Below the pieces are notes generated by a model. That model ran no database searches. It had not been told where the DNA came from and was given only the letters and a program-made list of their open reading frames with translations. Positions 27,001 to 40,199 of a stretch of 64,000 bases of DNA are shown here, one piece after another. The translations under genes were made by a program, and so were the position numbers. Every line of letters begins with the position of its first letter. Within the stretch, counting starts at the first letter, position 1. Origin of the DNA: Tubulanus polymorphus (taxonomy: Eukaryota; Animalia; Nemertea); contig NC_134027.1 of the NCBI RefSeq assembly GCF_964204645.1, positions 5,426,485-5,490,484 on the forward strand, written 5' to 3'.

Positions 27001-28306
27001 TATATTTCATGTTTGTTTATAACGAAATTATCATTCAGCAATATATTCGTGAATTAAGAATTACTTCTGTTTTGGTGAAGGCTCGTTTATCTCTAACATT
27101 CATTTTCTAAAACTTATTTTCAATTTTCAAAACCACATAGGAGTTCGTGTATAAACCGTGTGTATGAATGATTTATTTATCACTGTCGCTCGGTAAAAAT
27201 TAAATGCATTTAGGTGATGTTGGTGTGACAAAGCGTGTAACGTGAAAAATCGTAAATTTTGAATCTCCTACGACTTGGCAATTGCATACGTTATCTCGTA
27301 ACAGTCACACGTGTTCTACGATTCAGCGTATTTTTGCCATAAATTACCATACAATCATCATCGGTAAACCGTATAATATCATTGCGTCAATGGTAATCGG
27401 TACATTGCCATAAAAGTATATTATGATATGTGTCTTTTTAGTACCCCGATAAAACTTGATAGTGATAGCCACCATTGCCCGCGGGACTAGCTGTTATATT
27501 GCCTTGGTCCTGAATGATAAATTATTCGTTTTATGTCTCTTTTGATCAGTGGCTTAGGCTAGTAATGTTTTAGCAGTATTTCATTCTATTACGACGGTCA
27601 CGTGTAGAGTACCATCACGGTTGACATGTGGATGACGTGCACTCAATTTGCGCAGATCGACAACGGAATAAACGATGAGTGTCTTTTTTTAGGTATCACG
27701 AAAAATCTGTGTTAGAATACTACGAAACGACGAAATAGAACGTTGAAATAAAATGACTCAACACAGTTGAATTCTCATCACTAATTTACAAATTTAATTC
27801 CGCTTTGAAATTCATAATTTTCTAGTCACGTTTTTATTGTTCAACCGATGAATTGAGTGAGGAAATGAATGATGTGTCTATCGATCGACATAACCGTTGT
27901 TAATATTGTTCTCGCGTATACCATAAACAATTACACCGTATGATTTTTAACTCGTACTCTATTTTTTCCACTGGAGAATAATTTTCACAAAATCATTTTT
28001 TAGGTTTTAACCAATCCCTAAAGTTATTCAATACATATTGCTGATAACGAGAAGAGTTAGTGAAATACGATAGGCCTGAACATTGCATTTTAGCATGTTT
28101 GACTGAATTCCGGAGTGACAAGGTCCGGAGTGACAATGTCTACCCACTCAGCTACATTTGGCCTCTGTGAAAACTTGTGCATATTTCATAACTTCGTCTT
28201 TTTCTGTTGCAGTTCCTGCGTCAAAATGAATGCTCAAGCCAGATCGGATTGCGTGTTGACATAAATGCCCTCTCTAAACATCGTGTTGCGGTCCCCGGTC
28301 TCTTCC

Positions 28307-31300
28307 ATGAGGGTTTTCCGCAATAATCTACTCGGTTTGCCACCAACACGATCCGATGTACAGTATCAACCCACGTGTCAGAGCGATACTGTAAGTTCTT
28401 CTCATTTCCACATACCATTTTCAGTTGGTGCTGATTGCTTCCGGCGAACTTTACCATTCTAACCACGTAGCTCTCTCAATTCCGAAAAGGTCCTGCCAAA
28501 ATACAACGCAACGCGTATTAATGGCGTTAAGCTGTCCTAATTCTTTGTGGTATATCTTAACATTGATAGAAATTTCGTCGGATTTTCTTGTCAGGTGTGA
28601 CGGTCACAGCGCAAGACTGATTGCAATAACTATCATCGTTTATTCATGATATGCGAGCAACGTTGAAGAATGCAGAGGTTTCATTCCGACTGAAATGTTT
28701 TCGATCACGAAAATAGAATCAACGCTGCAACCTAAAATACTATGATTACAGATTTGGATGAATCTGCTCTTGTAAATCTTTGCAAAAGTCAAAAACCACG
28801 CTTTTTACTTTTCTTTCATGTTTGCAGATTTCTTAATATTCAAATTTATTCTATGCTACCAATCCTGCCATTGATCGACAAAGCACTACTCATACGCAAT
28901 GTTGCAATTAACTTCTTTTGATTTAAGGGCACTGTAATTGGCATATGCGGCTGCGTAAAACATCAAAGTCAAACGGCGTATTTTCTCACATCTTAAAAGA
29001 GTTTTGATCGCCTTGAACAGTCGTTGATGTCGATGCCATGAAGAACACACTTTCTAATTGCCCATTCTGTTCAGGGGAGTGGTGCACCCCAGCCTTGTGT
29101 GTAAAATTAACTAAAATGATTGGGCATAGTCTCCAACGATTAGGTTTGGGCTTTTTAGTCAGATTCAATGCCTGTTTCTCATAGAAAGTAGATCACTTTA
29201 ACACACACACACCAACTTATTGCATTCGTGCATGGACGCCAAGCGTGTTTGGGCATTTTTTGCAATAAAGGCTGATTTATCAGTGACAGCAAATAGGATG
29301 AATTAGGAAAAAATAGTGATAAAGTAGACAACGCTAAACAGTTTGGATAAGGGCAATGCATTAGATTCAGATTCCGGATAAGAGTTGGTACTATCAGGAG
29401 ACTGAATGAATGACCAGAATTGATTTGTTGGCTTTCAAATGACCCCTCGATATTGGTGACCAAACACGACGTTCTTTGCCGCCTAGTTCATTGCCTCTTT
29501 GCCTCGTCTTGATACATTGCCTGGATTTCTTTCCGGGGAAACAATACTCAATTGAACTTCCCCCGATAGCCTTCATTAACCGATACAGAACTACGTATAA
29601 TAGCAGTTCCGTTTACAATTTTCCTGTACCTCAGTTAATGCTCCCTGGATCTTTTTGCGGTGTCGGGGAGCTTTGTTGTCAGGGATGGATAATCGTCAAA
29701 GCGTTGTTACGAAGGATTTAAGATGTTCCCGCGCTGCTAGGGAGCGGAATCCCAGGAGCTACGAAGCTTTGATATTTTGTAACTGTGTTTTTATAATTTT
29801 CTTATCTACATAACCACTTCAATCATTGGTCAAATCGCGGGGATAAAAGTTGCTGAAGGAATTTGATAGACAAGAATAGTCCCAAGCGAGAGATCTTTGA
29901 GCCATTTGACACTCGGTTGCAATTGCTGTTATCGCCTGAGAAATTATTTATAATTTTCTTGTTGCAGCTCACAGACTATGAAATTGACAATAGCCGAGAA
30001 GAATATCCATCGAAGAAAGTGTTAGAGCTGGTGGCGTATACAGTGTATAAAAGGCGTCTATTATATGTCTGTCTTGCTTCCACTTTGATTTTTGCGGGAA
30101 TTGTTGCCATGAGATTGACTGTAAACATCGAACCAGGTAATGCCCCCAACCCCAAACCTCCTCTGCGGTTGTATGTTTTCCTCATCATTTTGATCAAAAC
30201 CTTTCATGGTGTTCTTTAACCGTACTGCTTTTATGAAAGATGAAGAGATTCCTGTGGCTTTTGTTCAAAATAATTACATTTGATCTCCAATTAAAATTCA
30301 ATCGCTTTTTCACGTGAATATTATTTTGAGTAGGCCAACGACTTTGTTCTTCCGCGCTTACATCCTCGGGAACTTCAGTTTCCTCGTCAATATAGCTAAG
30401 CGTGATTAATCCAATGAAATAGCAATTCGAGTTTGCACCGGTATGATGCGTCTCCATCAAAAAAACAATGTGGAATCATGATGTCGCCTCGCAGGTTCCG
30501 TGCGTCAGTACACCATAACCACGACGTGTGTCGATTACACCCTGGAGGTAGTAATATGAAAAACGAGTTAATTTCGAAAACATGACATTCTATGTGGTTA
30601 CAAACGCAAATTGATCCGGTGAACTTTCTAGCAAATTTGGAATATTCATTACCGACGATAAATTGAGTTTCCGTACTGTTTCCTTTAAGTAATAGAACGA
30701 GGTCACACGTTATTCATATTAAACACTAAAAGATTTCCCAGTATATATTCAATTTCATACGTCGTTTCTCTCTTTTTGAGATGATGATGATGATGGTTAT
30801 GATGACGAAGTTGTCGAATCTGAAAGATTAACAGATGTATCTCATAAATCGAGAAACAGAACTGGAATCAATGTGACGAGAAATTCTTCTCGGTGCAATG
30901 GAACTAACGCAACGAATCTGGTTAGTGAAAATATGACTACCCAGTCATATTTACCACGGAGAATCAATTCTTCAATTGATCATACGCCATCTGCATCAGG
31001 GAAAACGCAACGACCGACTTCACAACCGGAGTTGGATCTCAACGGAACAGCTTTTCCCGAGAGTTCTTCATATGAACGCGGACGGAACGACAACAGCCTG
31101 GATGGAACTATGAGTCTAAACGGAACTAGATCATCAGACATAAACATCACTCGAAATGCGAGTATCAGTATATCAACTTTGAATCGCAAAAGTAAAACAG
31201 GCGATATAGAAAGTAACAATGTGGAAAAAGACAAACGTTTTTCAAAATCGAATAATTTAACAAACACTGCTACAGATACAAAGGACATTTTTCAACCAGG

Positions 31301-31400
31301 TAGTAATTTGGTGTCTAGACAAACAAACTCTACGATCAGATTGTCGAAAAAGCGTAAACCGAAACAAAAAGAAAATGAAATCGCTCGTCATCGAAACTAG
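28307..31400 (+). CDS. Unknown type II single-pass membrane protein with Ser/Thr/Asn-rich ectodomain, copy A
   Basis: Exons 28307-28390 (alternative in-frame ATG at 28265), 29968-30136 and 30781-31400 join in phase with GT-AG sites. The sequence runs KRR, hydrophobic LLYVCLASTLIFAGIVAM, DDDDDGYDDE, then many N-x-S/T sites. AATAAA near 31452. Supported by the paralog at 55509-61300. Confidence 0.8.
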
Positions 31401-32350
31401 ATTTGAAACTCTGTTGTAACTGTTTACATGTATCTTGTTTTTGAAATGTAAAATAAATCGCCTTGTTTGTCACAAGTTAATGGTGGTGGCATAGATTTGT
31501 AAGTATTAGGTGTAAAACACTTAAGAACCTTTCATTAAAGGGAAATTCTCTCAATGTACGCGCAATGTACTTTGATGATAAAGTGTGTGTTTTAAATAGG
31601 AGTGGACTGAGATTTGGTGGAGAATTGCTTGTTTTTGGGTATGTAATCGCAAAAATCTAATTGCTGTTAGTTTTCGTTGTACCATACTCCTAGTGAAGAA
31701 TTTTTGTAAATTTCATGTCTGATCATCACCGAGCATAAACGCGTTCGTCCCTGTTGACATCGTTTAATATTCAATTAGCCAATAATTATTTCCCTACGAA
31801 TACTGAAAATTCGACCCCCTGAGCTCAGAAGTGCTTCAGAAAAATTGAAACGTTGAATTATTGAATCGGCATCTGCGTAGGGCGTCGTGAATAGGGCGTC
31901 TGCATAATATATAGAATATCGTCAATCTAGAACCAAAGCCCACGTTACGCGTATAATAAGAGACTCATAAATAATTGAATTGAAGAAATGATTACAAAAG
32001 TATTCTTTATTAAAGGTTTTACAGTGAACTTCGTTAATACATTAATACATTGTAGTCTACGTCATTCCTCTATGAATTATAGAAATACACGTTCACACTA
32101 ACAGATGGACACGTATAGGCACATTACGTGGAACCTTTTAACGATATGCGAACTTGTAAGTTTTATCGGGTACATAAATGCAGGATCATTGAGAAGTGCG
32201 CAGCGTGCATGTCTAGAAAGTCATTTTTCACAGAGATCGCAATTCAGATCGAACAGAGTCGCTTAGTAGTCAATTCAGTTTTTTTTAATACTTTTGACAT
32301 GATTTTCGCGATATCTTCAAATAAACATCATTTTTTCTATGCGAACGAGT

Positions 32351-33535
32351 TCATTGTGCTTCGATATTCGAACCTTGAATAACTACCCTTATATTATCCA
32401 TGTCCTTAATAATTTGTTGATTATTCGGATCAATCTTTAAAGCTGCGTCATAGTCCATCAAACCCTCGACGTATAGTCCGAGTTGGCAAAGCGCAGTTCC
32501 TCGACGAACGTGAACTTTTAAGCGACTAGCGGCATTGAGCTGAACTGCAGGTGTAAGTAGTTCTAATGCTCTGGAAGCATCTTCGATACATTTCATAAGA
32601 TTACCGAGTTTCAAGTGACAAGCCGCTCGATTTGAATGCAATGATGGTAAATTTGGTGACAGTTGAATAGCGTGAGTGTATGCATTCACTGCACCTAAAA
32701 GATTTCCAGATTTGAATAAACTATTTCCTTTATCTTGCAACCAAATCGGATCATTTTCTTCTTCCGTGAAATCGCCATCACCTATTGCTTTAGATGCTGC
32801 TTGCCTCCGATCGGCTTGCTTCTTCAACCATTCATCTTCTTGATCCTTTTGTGATTCTCTTGCCGCTGTCGGAAACACCCTCGGTGTGAAGGCAACTCCT
32901 ATTTTTCCAATCTCACGAACCGGTTCTTGGTTAACAGCTTCAACTGTTTTTCTCTTCTTTCCAGCAACACGAGTATCGTCTATCTTCTGGTTCTCTTGTA
33001 ACAAAATTTTCTTGGCTTCTAATGCTTGAAGTCGTCGTTCTTGCTTCCATTTCTCTAAATCTCGCATTGCTTCTGCTTTTTCGTTTTCTTTCTGTTTCTC
33101 GATTCTCTCTCTTTCTTCTTGGTCGATTCTCATCGCCTGTTGAACCAACAACTTTTCTCTTTCCCTCTTCTTTTCCGATTTCTCCTTCTCTTGTATTTCT
33201 GCTCGTTCATGAGCTCTCCTAACAGCTTCCTCCCTGATAGTCTTCATGAGCTCTTTATCAGCGGATTTTGGTGAATGTAACTGATCCCAGTGACCAGGAA
33301 CACATTTTTTCAAACGAAATGTAACCAGACCGTTTTCAATAGTCGCTGAGCTTTGATTATCATCGATAGATCCAAACAGCATGCATTCAAAAATATAAGG
33401 CGGGTTGTTCACTTTGACGTAATTCACTGATGACATGACATCTATTTTCGCTGTCTTCGCCCCTTTCAGAGGAACAGTAATAACGACAGTCGTGTCGCTG
33501 TCTTCCCACGAATAATCTTCCACGGACAAAGGCAT
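32351..33535 (-). CDS. DNAAF4: Dynein axonemal assembly factor 4 (DYX1C1); single coding exon, 394 aa
   Basis: N-terminal CS/p23 domain (MPLSVEDYSWEDSDTTVVITVPLKG), a charged coiled coil, FTPRVFPTAARES, and C-terminal TPRs (WLQDKGNSLF...SNRAACHLKL...VRRGTALCQL). Confidence 0.95.
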   Translation of the reverse strand: MPLSVEDYSWEDSDTTVVITVPLKGAKTAKIDVMSSVNYVKVNNPPYIFECMLFGSIDDNQSSATIENGLVTFRLKKCVPGHWDQLHSPKSADKELMKTIREEAVRRAHERAEIQEKEKSEKKREREKLLVQQAMRIDQEERERIEKQKENEKAEAMRDLEKWKQERRLQALEAKKILLQENQKIDDTRVAGKKRKTVEAVNQEPVREIGKIGVAFTPRVFPTAARESQKDQEDEWLKKQADRRQAASKAIGDGDFTEEENDPIWLQDKGNSLFKSGNLLGAVNAYTHAIQLSPNLPSLHSNRAACHLKLGNLMKCIEDASRALELLTPAVQLNAASRLKVHVRRGTALCQLGLYVEGLMDYDAALKIDPNNQQIIKDMDNIRVVIQGSNIEAQ

Positions 33536-33721
33536 CGTGCCGGCTCAAAGCAGCAGCAGTGTAAAAGACTCGTAGAGAAACTGGAGCGCGCTAGGCCTCT
33601 ATATACCTGACGCTGTCGCACGATAATGCACTACGTAAATGGCGACGAACACCGGTGAATGTCGAGTCCCGCGTACACGGTGAATATAAAACCGTTAACC
33701 CAATTCAGCGAGTTTACGATT

Positions 33722-33750
33722 GTCACCATAGAGATATATAACAAACAACA
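33722..33750. promoter_or_regulatory. Candidate RFX X-box plus forkhead-like site between DNAAF4 and the FAM217-like gene
   Basis: GTCACCATAGAGAT is close to the X-box consensus and is followed by TAACAAACAACA. It lies about 190 bp upstream of the DNAAF4 ATG. Motif match only. Confidence 0.35.
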
Positions 33751-34353
33751 GAAACAGTCTTACAGTCTACGCACGTTATTGAAAATTGAAACAATTTTAT
33801 TGATAAAATCCGCATTTTTTCGGATGTGACTCAACAATAAGACATATTTGGTATTTGTTATCAGGATACGAAGCAATTTTAATTCATAATTCAATTCAAA
33901 ACAAACCACGAACGTATTCGTACGATATGAAAATATTTTTAAATGATTTCTTCCATATAAAAAAATCTTCATTACATTTATTTTTCTTTCATAAATGCAT
34001 CAAAATCTAAGACTAGCGATGTTTCTTTTCAATACGTTTACCGGTAATTAAGAATCACATTTCATGGATTCGTTGATCGGTTTCTCCATAAAAATGAATG
34101 AACTAATTGGTGGTTTAACCTGCACAGTCACTACGCACCTGCCAAACAGTTTTTCAGTGTAATGGTTTTATGGCAAAGCTAACACACAGCACGTACCGTC
34201 TCAACAAATAGCATTATGATCTTGGCAATAAAATGTCGCGGTAAGGCGCTTTGTCGCTATATAAGTACAGAAACTTACAGGATCAACCGGGGTTCATCGT
34301 GCAATAATCATACCAGAGTGAAAGCTAATATTTATTGAAACTCACCAAAGACG

Positions 34354-37300
34354 ATGATGGATACAGAACGGTTTGATGTCAATATACTGACTCTAGTTTA
34401 TGGCCAATACTGGCCCGCAAATATACCAACCGAATACAAGCTTAACAGGTACGTTGAAGTAGATAAAAACGGCATTATATATTTTTGTAGCATTATATCT
34501 AAAAATCACTGGCAAATATAGACATACCTTCCGTTAAGTCGGTAAAACAAAAGAACTGTCCATTTCCAATTCCAAAATCGGAAAGTAATTAACAGGTGTG
34601 GGAACGGTTTTCAATCAGAGTCATTACGACATAATTCTACTGACCTCGAGTAGGTTTGATAACAGAGTGCCATTTTTAAGATAAAAACAAATAATAAGCA
34701 ATGGAAATAGTTTGTACCAAGCAGGTGGCCTTGTAAGTAACATTAATCAACGTGGATTTGCAAAGCAGTTATGTATGAATTTATATCCTGTAGCTTCAGT
34801 ATTTGATACACCGTCGCTTTCTCAAAGGGATTTCTCACGCTTTGCTTTGACTTTTACTGTATTGCTGAATTAACGCAGTACCGTGTCGTAATTGTAGTCT
34901 GTATTAATTAGGTGACGTTATAATTTGAAATGTTTCCTTTCTCACGACGAGATCTTGCGTTTGTTGACTCAGAATGAATGCGACCTGCTCATTATAACAG
35001 GAGTACTAGTCCTTTTATATATAACAGTCATTGAATATTAATGTGTGTTACCGTCGTATCCTTCAAATTCGTGGAAAGTGGGAAAGTGTACATTTCATTT
35101 GCTGGAAGTAAAAACCTTGTTTAACACGTAAAGAATAAATATATAAGATAATGGCCCATAGGCAAGACTAATATATACACATGGTTATGCTAAATTAAAC
35201 AAAGGTCAGCTTTGAGGTCAAGACATTAACAAATTTGCTCTTATGAAAATATGGACCGCTATGTCGTTGAATATGACCAGCTTAAATCATAACGACGACA
35301 TTTGATGGACCAACACTTTCCCTGGGCAATTAACAGAAATTATTGTTGCAGAATCTGTAGGCGTTGAATAATTTATTGGAAATCTAAACGCTCGATGTCG
35401 TAATGTCAGCATCATCATCATCTGATTAACAATTTGATAACGAGCTGATCAATCACTGTGGTAGATATAAACTTTTCAGCCATTAGCCGAAAAGGCATTT
35501 AGTTGTTTTTGTGCGTGACGCAAGACTGTCTCGTTGACGACGGCATCGAACTCGGCAGGGTGGCTTAATAAATTAATCAAGAAACTCAAATAAGCGTGTG
35601 ATACACAAATATTGTCTTGCGCTGGATGTTGTCACAATGGACGACGTAGCTTGCGTGCGATGAACATTTTCTTTAAGAGATATTGATTCCAACCAAGCAA
35701 GGAATATTCTGTGTTCGTTTTAACGCGAGAAATATATTGAACTGAATTAGTATAAGCGCCTTGAAACATTCGATTAAGATATACGTGTATAAAATCTCTT
35801 CCTATCGGCTGAAGTAGAATCAAATAAAGGGTCAAGTTCATGGCCCCAATTCGTCATTCTCAGATTGAAATCAACTGAGATTCTTTCGGCAAGGACATCT
35901 ATTGACGATGCTCATTAGCATAATTTCTGTTCGAGATCGTGAGAAAAAAGATCTGGTCTATATATGTTGAATGGTATAGATAGTAATTTGGTTCATATTT
36001 TCCAATTATTAGTATTATCGACGGTTACACGCGATGTGTGCGCAATGGTACACGTAATTTACTTAAGTAGGTACTTTTTTGGGCATTCAGAATCAGTGGA
36101 GCATCGCAAATTCATTAAAACCGCTTTACTTTTCTTTATCGTCGCGCACGCAATACGTGAATTATTGAACTAAAAACGAATAGCAGATCGAGATTCTAAT
36201 AATTGATTTCTCGATATATCCTAATTTCGGACGTTTTAATCTTATTTATTCACTTTGTTAATTCACGCTGAATGTCGCGCACTTGTTTGCATTGTTCGCC
36301 ATTTTCGTGCACAGCTACGCAATTCGCAACGAGCAGATATGTGGACTTTCCGTACAAAATAACGATCACGAAACGCACAGTACCAGTCTACAGGAATAAA
36401 TCAAGCTATTAAAAACACATGAGCTCGTTCTTTGTTTGAAATATTGACTATGAAATTGCTTTTCGCTCAAACCAGTAGAAGCGAAGAATTATTCTCAAAT
36501 TAAGGCTGTAATTGATTAGATATGCGGTAATTTTATCGCAGCTGATCGATGTATTCACGGCAGGTTGACCAATATTATTGTTGCTTCCAACGATACATAT
36601 TGTGCGCGACTATTTGATGATTTTATCGGACAACGCGAACGATGTATGAGGTTATGCTGCAGTATCACTCATTACAGTGTTATATAATTAGGTAGTGGCG
36701 CAAAATGTTAAGAACTGAAAGCGTGAAACTTGGGAATATAATTGATGTGAAAAGGTAACCATGATCGAGTATATACCACGTGACGACATTCCGTGGAAAT
36801 GTGCACTGATTTCCTCTTACGCGTATTTTGATAGATATATATTTCTTTTGTTAGTCATTAGGGAAACGATTCATTTGATTCATTACTCATTTTTATTGAT
36901 GTTTTTCTAGAATAACACCGTGTTCTCGGCCGCCAGTTGTCAAACTCGATGCTTGGACTAAAACTGATTCGGGGCCTAGGGTGAGTTTCGATGTTAATGA
37001 AATTCTAATATATAATATTGCTTAATCTCTACTAATCTACATTTTCAACATCATGATTTTGACTATTTTCTATATTGTAAATAAATTAGCGTGTCTTGAA
37101 TGAGTCTTGAATGGAGACGAATGCTCATTGACGATCACAGTTCTTTTCTTTTACGTGCATATCGATCATACATTTGCGTCGCTTTTGGAATTATACTGTT
37201 AAATGGAAATGAATTTGAAATGACACACGCGATTTGTGTCGATTGTTTAAATGATTTAGAGTAAAATTAAGATGCAATCAATTTATCATTAAGTACAAAA

Positions 37301-39926
37301 TGTGTGCCGAGTCATCATCATTAATCAATTCAATTCAAGAAATGTAATCTGATCGTGTTTGACAATGTCACTTGGTGTGTGTATACTTATTTCAGCCGCC
37401 TTCAAAAGATCGGGGAGGGATCTATGTGCCGGAGAAATATTCACAAGGTATGTGTATTATATTCCGTAAATGCAATCCATTTATTTCATTTGAAAATATT
37501 GCTAGAATAGCGAATTTGAAAATCAAAGACGTTTACTGTTATAATGATGATTCTTTAGTATAGTGTAAGCAGTACCAGTGAACATAACATTATATAACAG
37601 CCATATCTAACATCATTGATTTACACCAAGAGACATAAGACGAAAAATTCCATTTCCAAACTAGTAAAATCGCGTATTGTGCTGAATCTCGTCCGTTATG
37701 TCAGACATTAAATACGAAATCGGTAGAAACAGGAAGTAGAAATGTTCAGCCTAATGGAGTCGCTATTATTGAAAGCCACGTTAATAACCGTTCAAATATA
37801 ATCCTAACGATCTACGCAAGGAAGCAAGCAATGCGGTCGCAAAATATCTCAACCGCGTCGACCTCTTTTATCACATGTATTTGCTGAAAAGCATTCTTAG
37901 TTCTGAAAGCAGTTCTTTTTTTCAGATATGGATTCATGCAAATTAACGAAGGTAAAGATTGTGTTTTCTCGTGGCTCGCTTAACATGTTGTCTGAGTAGA
38001 AGGCTAATTGAAACTTTAATTTTTCACTCTTAAGTCACAATTTAGGAAACTTGCAGACCAGGTACGCGAGGTACATATAGGCTATCCCGGTAGAATTCGC
38101 ACTTCCACCAGTTTTAGGGTAAATAACATTCTTTAAGCTTACCTTCCCTGATAACGATTTTAATATACACGTATCTTACCAATTTCTTTTTTTAAGAATC
38201 TGCGATCAGCCCCGACAAAAAATGACAATCAACCAATACTTTATCGTAGTCAATTGGCGGAAAGTATGAAAGTATTCCAAAAGAAAACGTGGAATCCTCA
38301 TGATTCGACTACAGAAACAAGAAGATTTAGACGCGAACCACTACATGTAAGATGTAAACCAATAATGGGTTCTAATCCCTGGCAAACAGAGACCAAAACG
38401 TAAGTATAACAAGACCGGGGTTGCGTGATAGATTTAAACAGTCAACTTTTACAGTAGACTCACACTCACTTATTCGGATTACTATAGGGACTGCCGAAAT
38501 TTCTCCGAATTAAGTAAAATCTGAATTATGAACGAAAGTTTACATGGTTGACGACGTACTGATATAAAGGTTCACTTGGAAGGCAAAGAACAGTTATGAG
38601 CCAGAAATATATGCTGAAACGATTTTTCTATCATGGCATTCACATTGTAGGTTGAATACATCAAAGTATGTTTATGAGCCAAGACAGCGTCCGAGTTCAA
38701 GTCCGGCTAAGATGCGCGATAACCAGACAGGCGAATTCGATTCACTATCGACATCTAACATATACAGTATAGCAGCCTGCGACATCATCGATAGCGGCTT
38801 TGGAGATATAACCGACAATGGGGACAAAGCAATATCCGAATCAGATATGTCGGACGATGAAAACATCCCTGAACCATCGGTCGACGAAAGCCGATGTGCG
38901 CCAGATTTATACCTGCGTCCGGAGAACATGCAGGCTGTTTATTCGGCTGAGCATCCACGAGATTATCTCAAGTACGATTTCGACGCATCTCGCGTGCTCT
39001 TACCTTCGTACGAATTCGAATACGCCGGCCCTATCGAGTTCAAACACGTCGATTTTAATGATTTGAGTAAATTCGACAAAGACTGGCGCGAAATGACGAA
39101 GAGACGACCGGCGAATGTCGCTGACGAGGCGATGATAGATCGATTTATACAATTGGAAAGACTTCAAACAAAAACAATCGAGTGGGAAATATCGAAGAAA
39201 GAAAAGGCTCGAGCCGCCATTCGTCACAAAATGGCACTATCACAGATACTGAAATCGCAAGGACGACGAGCCCAAAGTGCTAGAAGTCGCGATAGAAAAT
39301 GTTGCGGAAACTGTTTACAGCCTGCATGTACAGGAGACTGCCCGACAAAGAAAGCAGCCCAGCATATTTGTATTCAATGTCGGCAGCCGTATTGCAATGG
39401 GCGATGTGCGCAATCATCCACCGCGTATACCGACCACACTCGACAAACTCCGATCGGCTCCGACGACGATGATGTACGCTCCAAACCACCAACTCGCCCT
39501 CAATCGTGCAACGCCTGTCAGAATCGCACTAGCCGCGGTAAACTTATCAACGCAAATAACATTATAATGGGCAGACCGAGATCTAGTCACGCTACATACT
39601 CAAGCGGCGGGCGATGTGCAAAAATCGGAAAAGATCTGCGTCCTCGTTCAGGGATTCAGGTTGACGATGATCTGAGTAAACAATTTGATAAACTCGGTGT
39701 TGATCAACACAGTCGCCCGAGCACTGCTAAACGTACCAAGATCAAAGGTCGCTCGGCGGTGATACCCGGTAAAGCGTTTCATTCTCAGAGACATAATTCG
39801 CTAACGACTACGAGAAAGATTCGAATCAAATCAGCACCGCCGAGACTTAAACGTGCGCGCGCTGTTACGAAAAGATCTCAATCAGCTAAGACGGAAACTT
39901 TAAACGAAACGATGCAATATAACTAA
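34354..39926 (+). CDS. FAM217-like protein with added Cys-rich motifs; multi-exon
   Basis: Exons 34354-34448, 36911-36980, 37396-37447, 37926-37951, 38197-38399 and 38651-39926 join in phase. SDMSDDENIP...PDLYLRPE and IDRFIQLERLQTKTIEWE resemble the FAM217 core as I recall it. The 5' exons are less certain than the last one. Confidence 0.7.
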
Positions 39927-40199
39927 TCTTTTAATTCTCGATAAATCTTGAGACGAGAAATACGAAACAACACACATAGAATAGGCCGGCTTCACTCCAT
40001 TACAAGTATGACCCATTTCCCATGATTTCTAACAACTTCTCGATTATAACATACTCTTGATTGATCTCATGTAAAAATATCTGTCTTACAACATATTCCC
40101 GAAAAATCTATGAATATAGACGTATTCTGGTTTTAATAAATCTGTTGTCTTTATCTATATCTTGGTCTCCATTTGGTCGAAATGTGATCTCCTCTGTAT

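Noticed and set aside
38046-38070. Possible micro-exon in the FAM217-like gene
   Set aside because: The candidate lengths (16 or 25 nt) break the frame, and the flanking exons join in phase without it.
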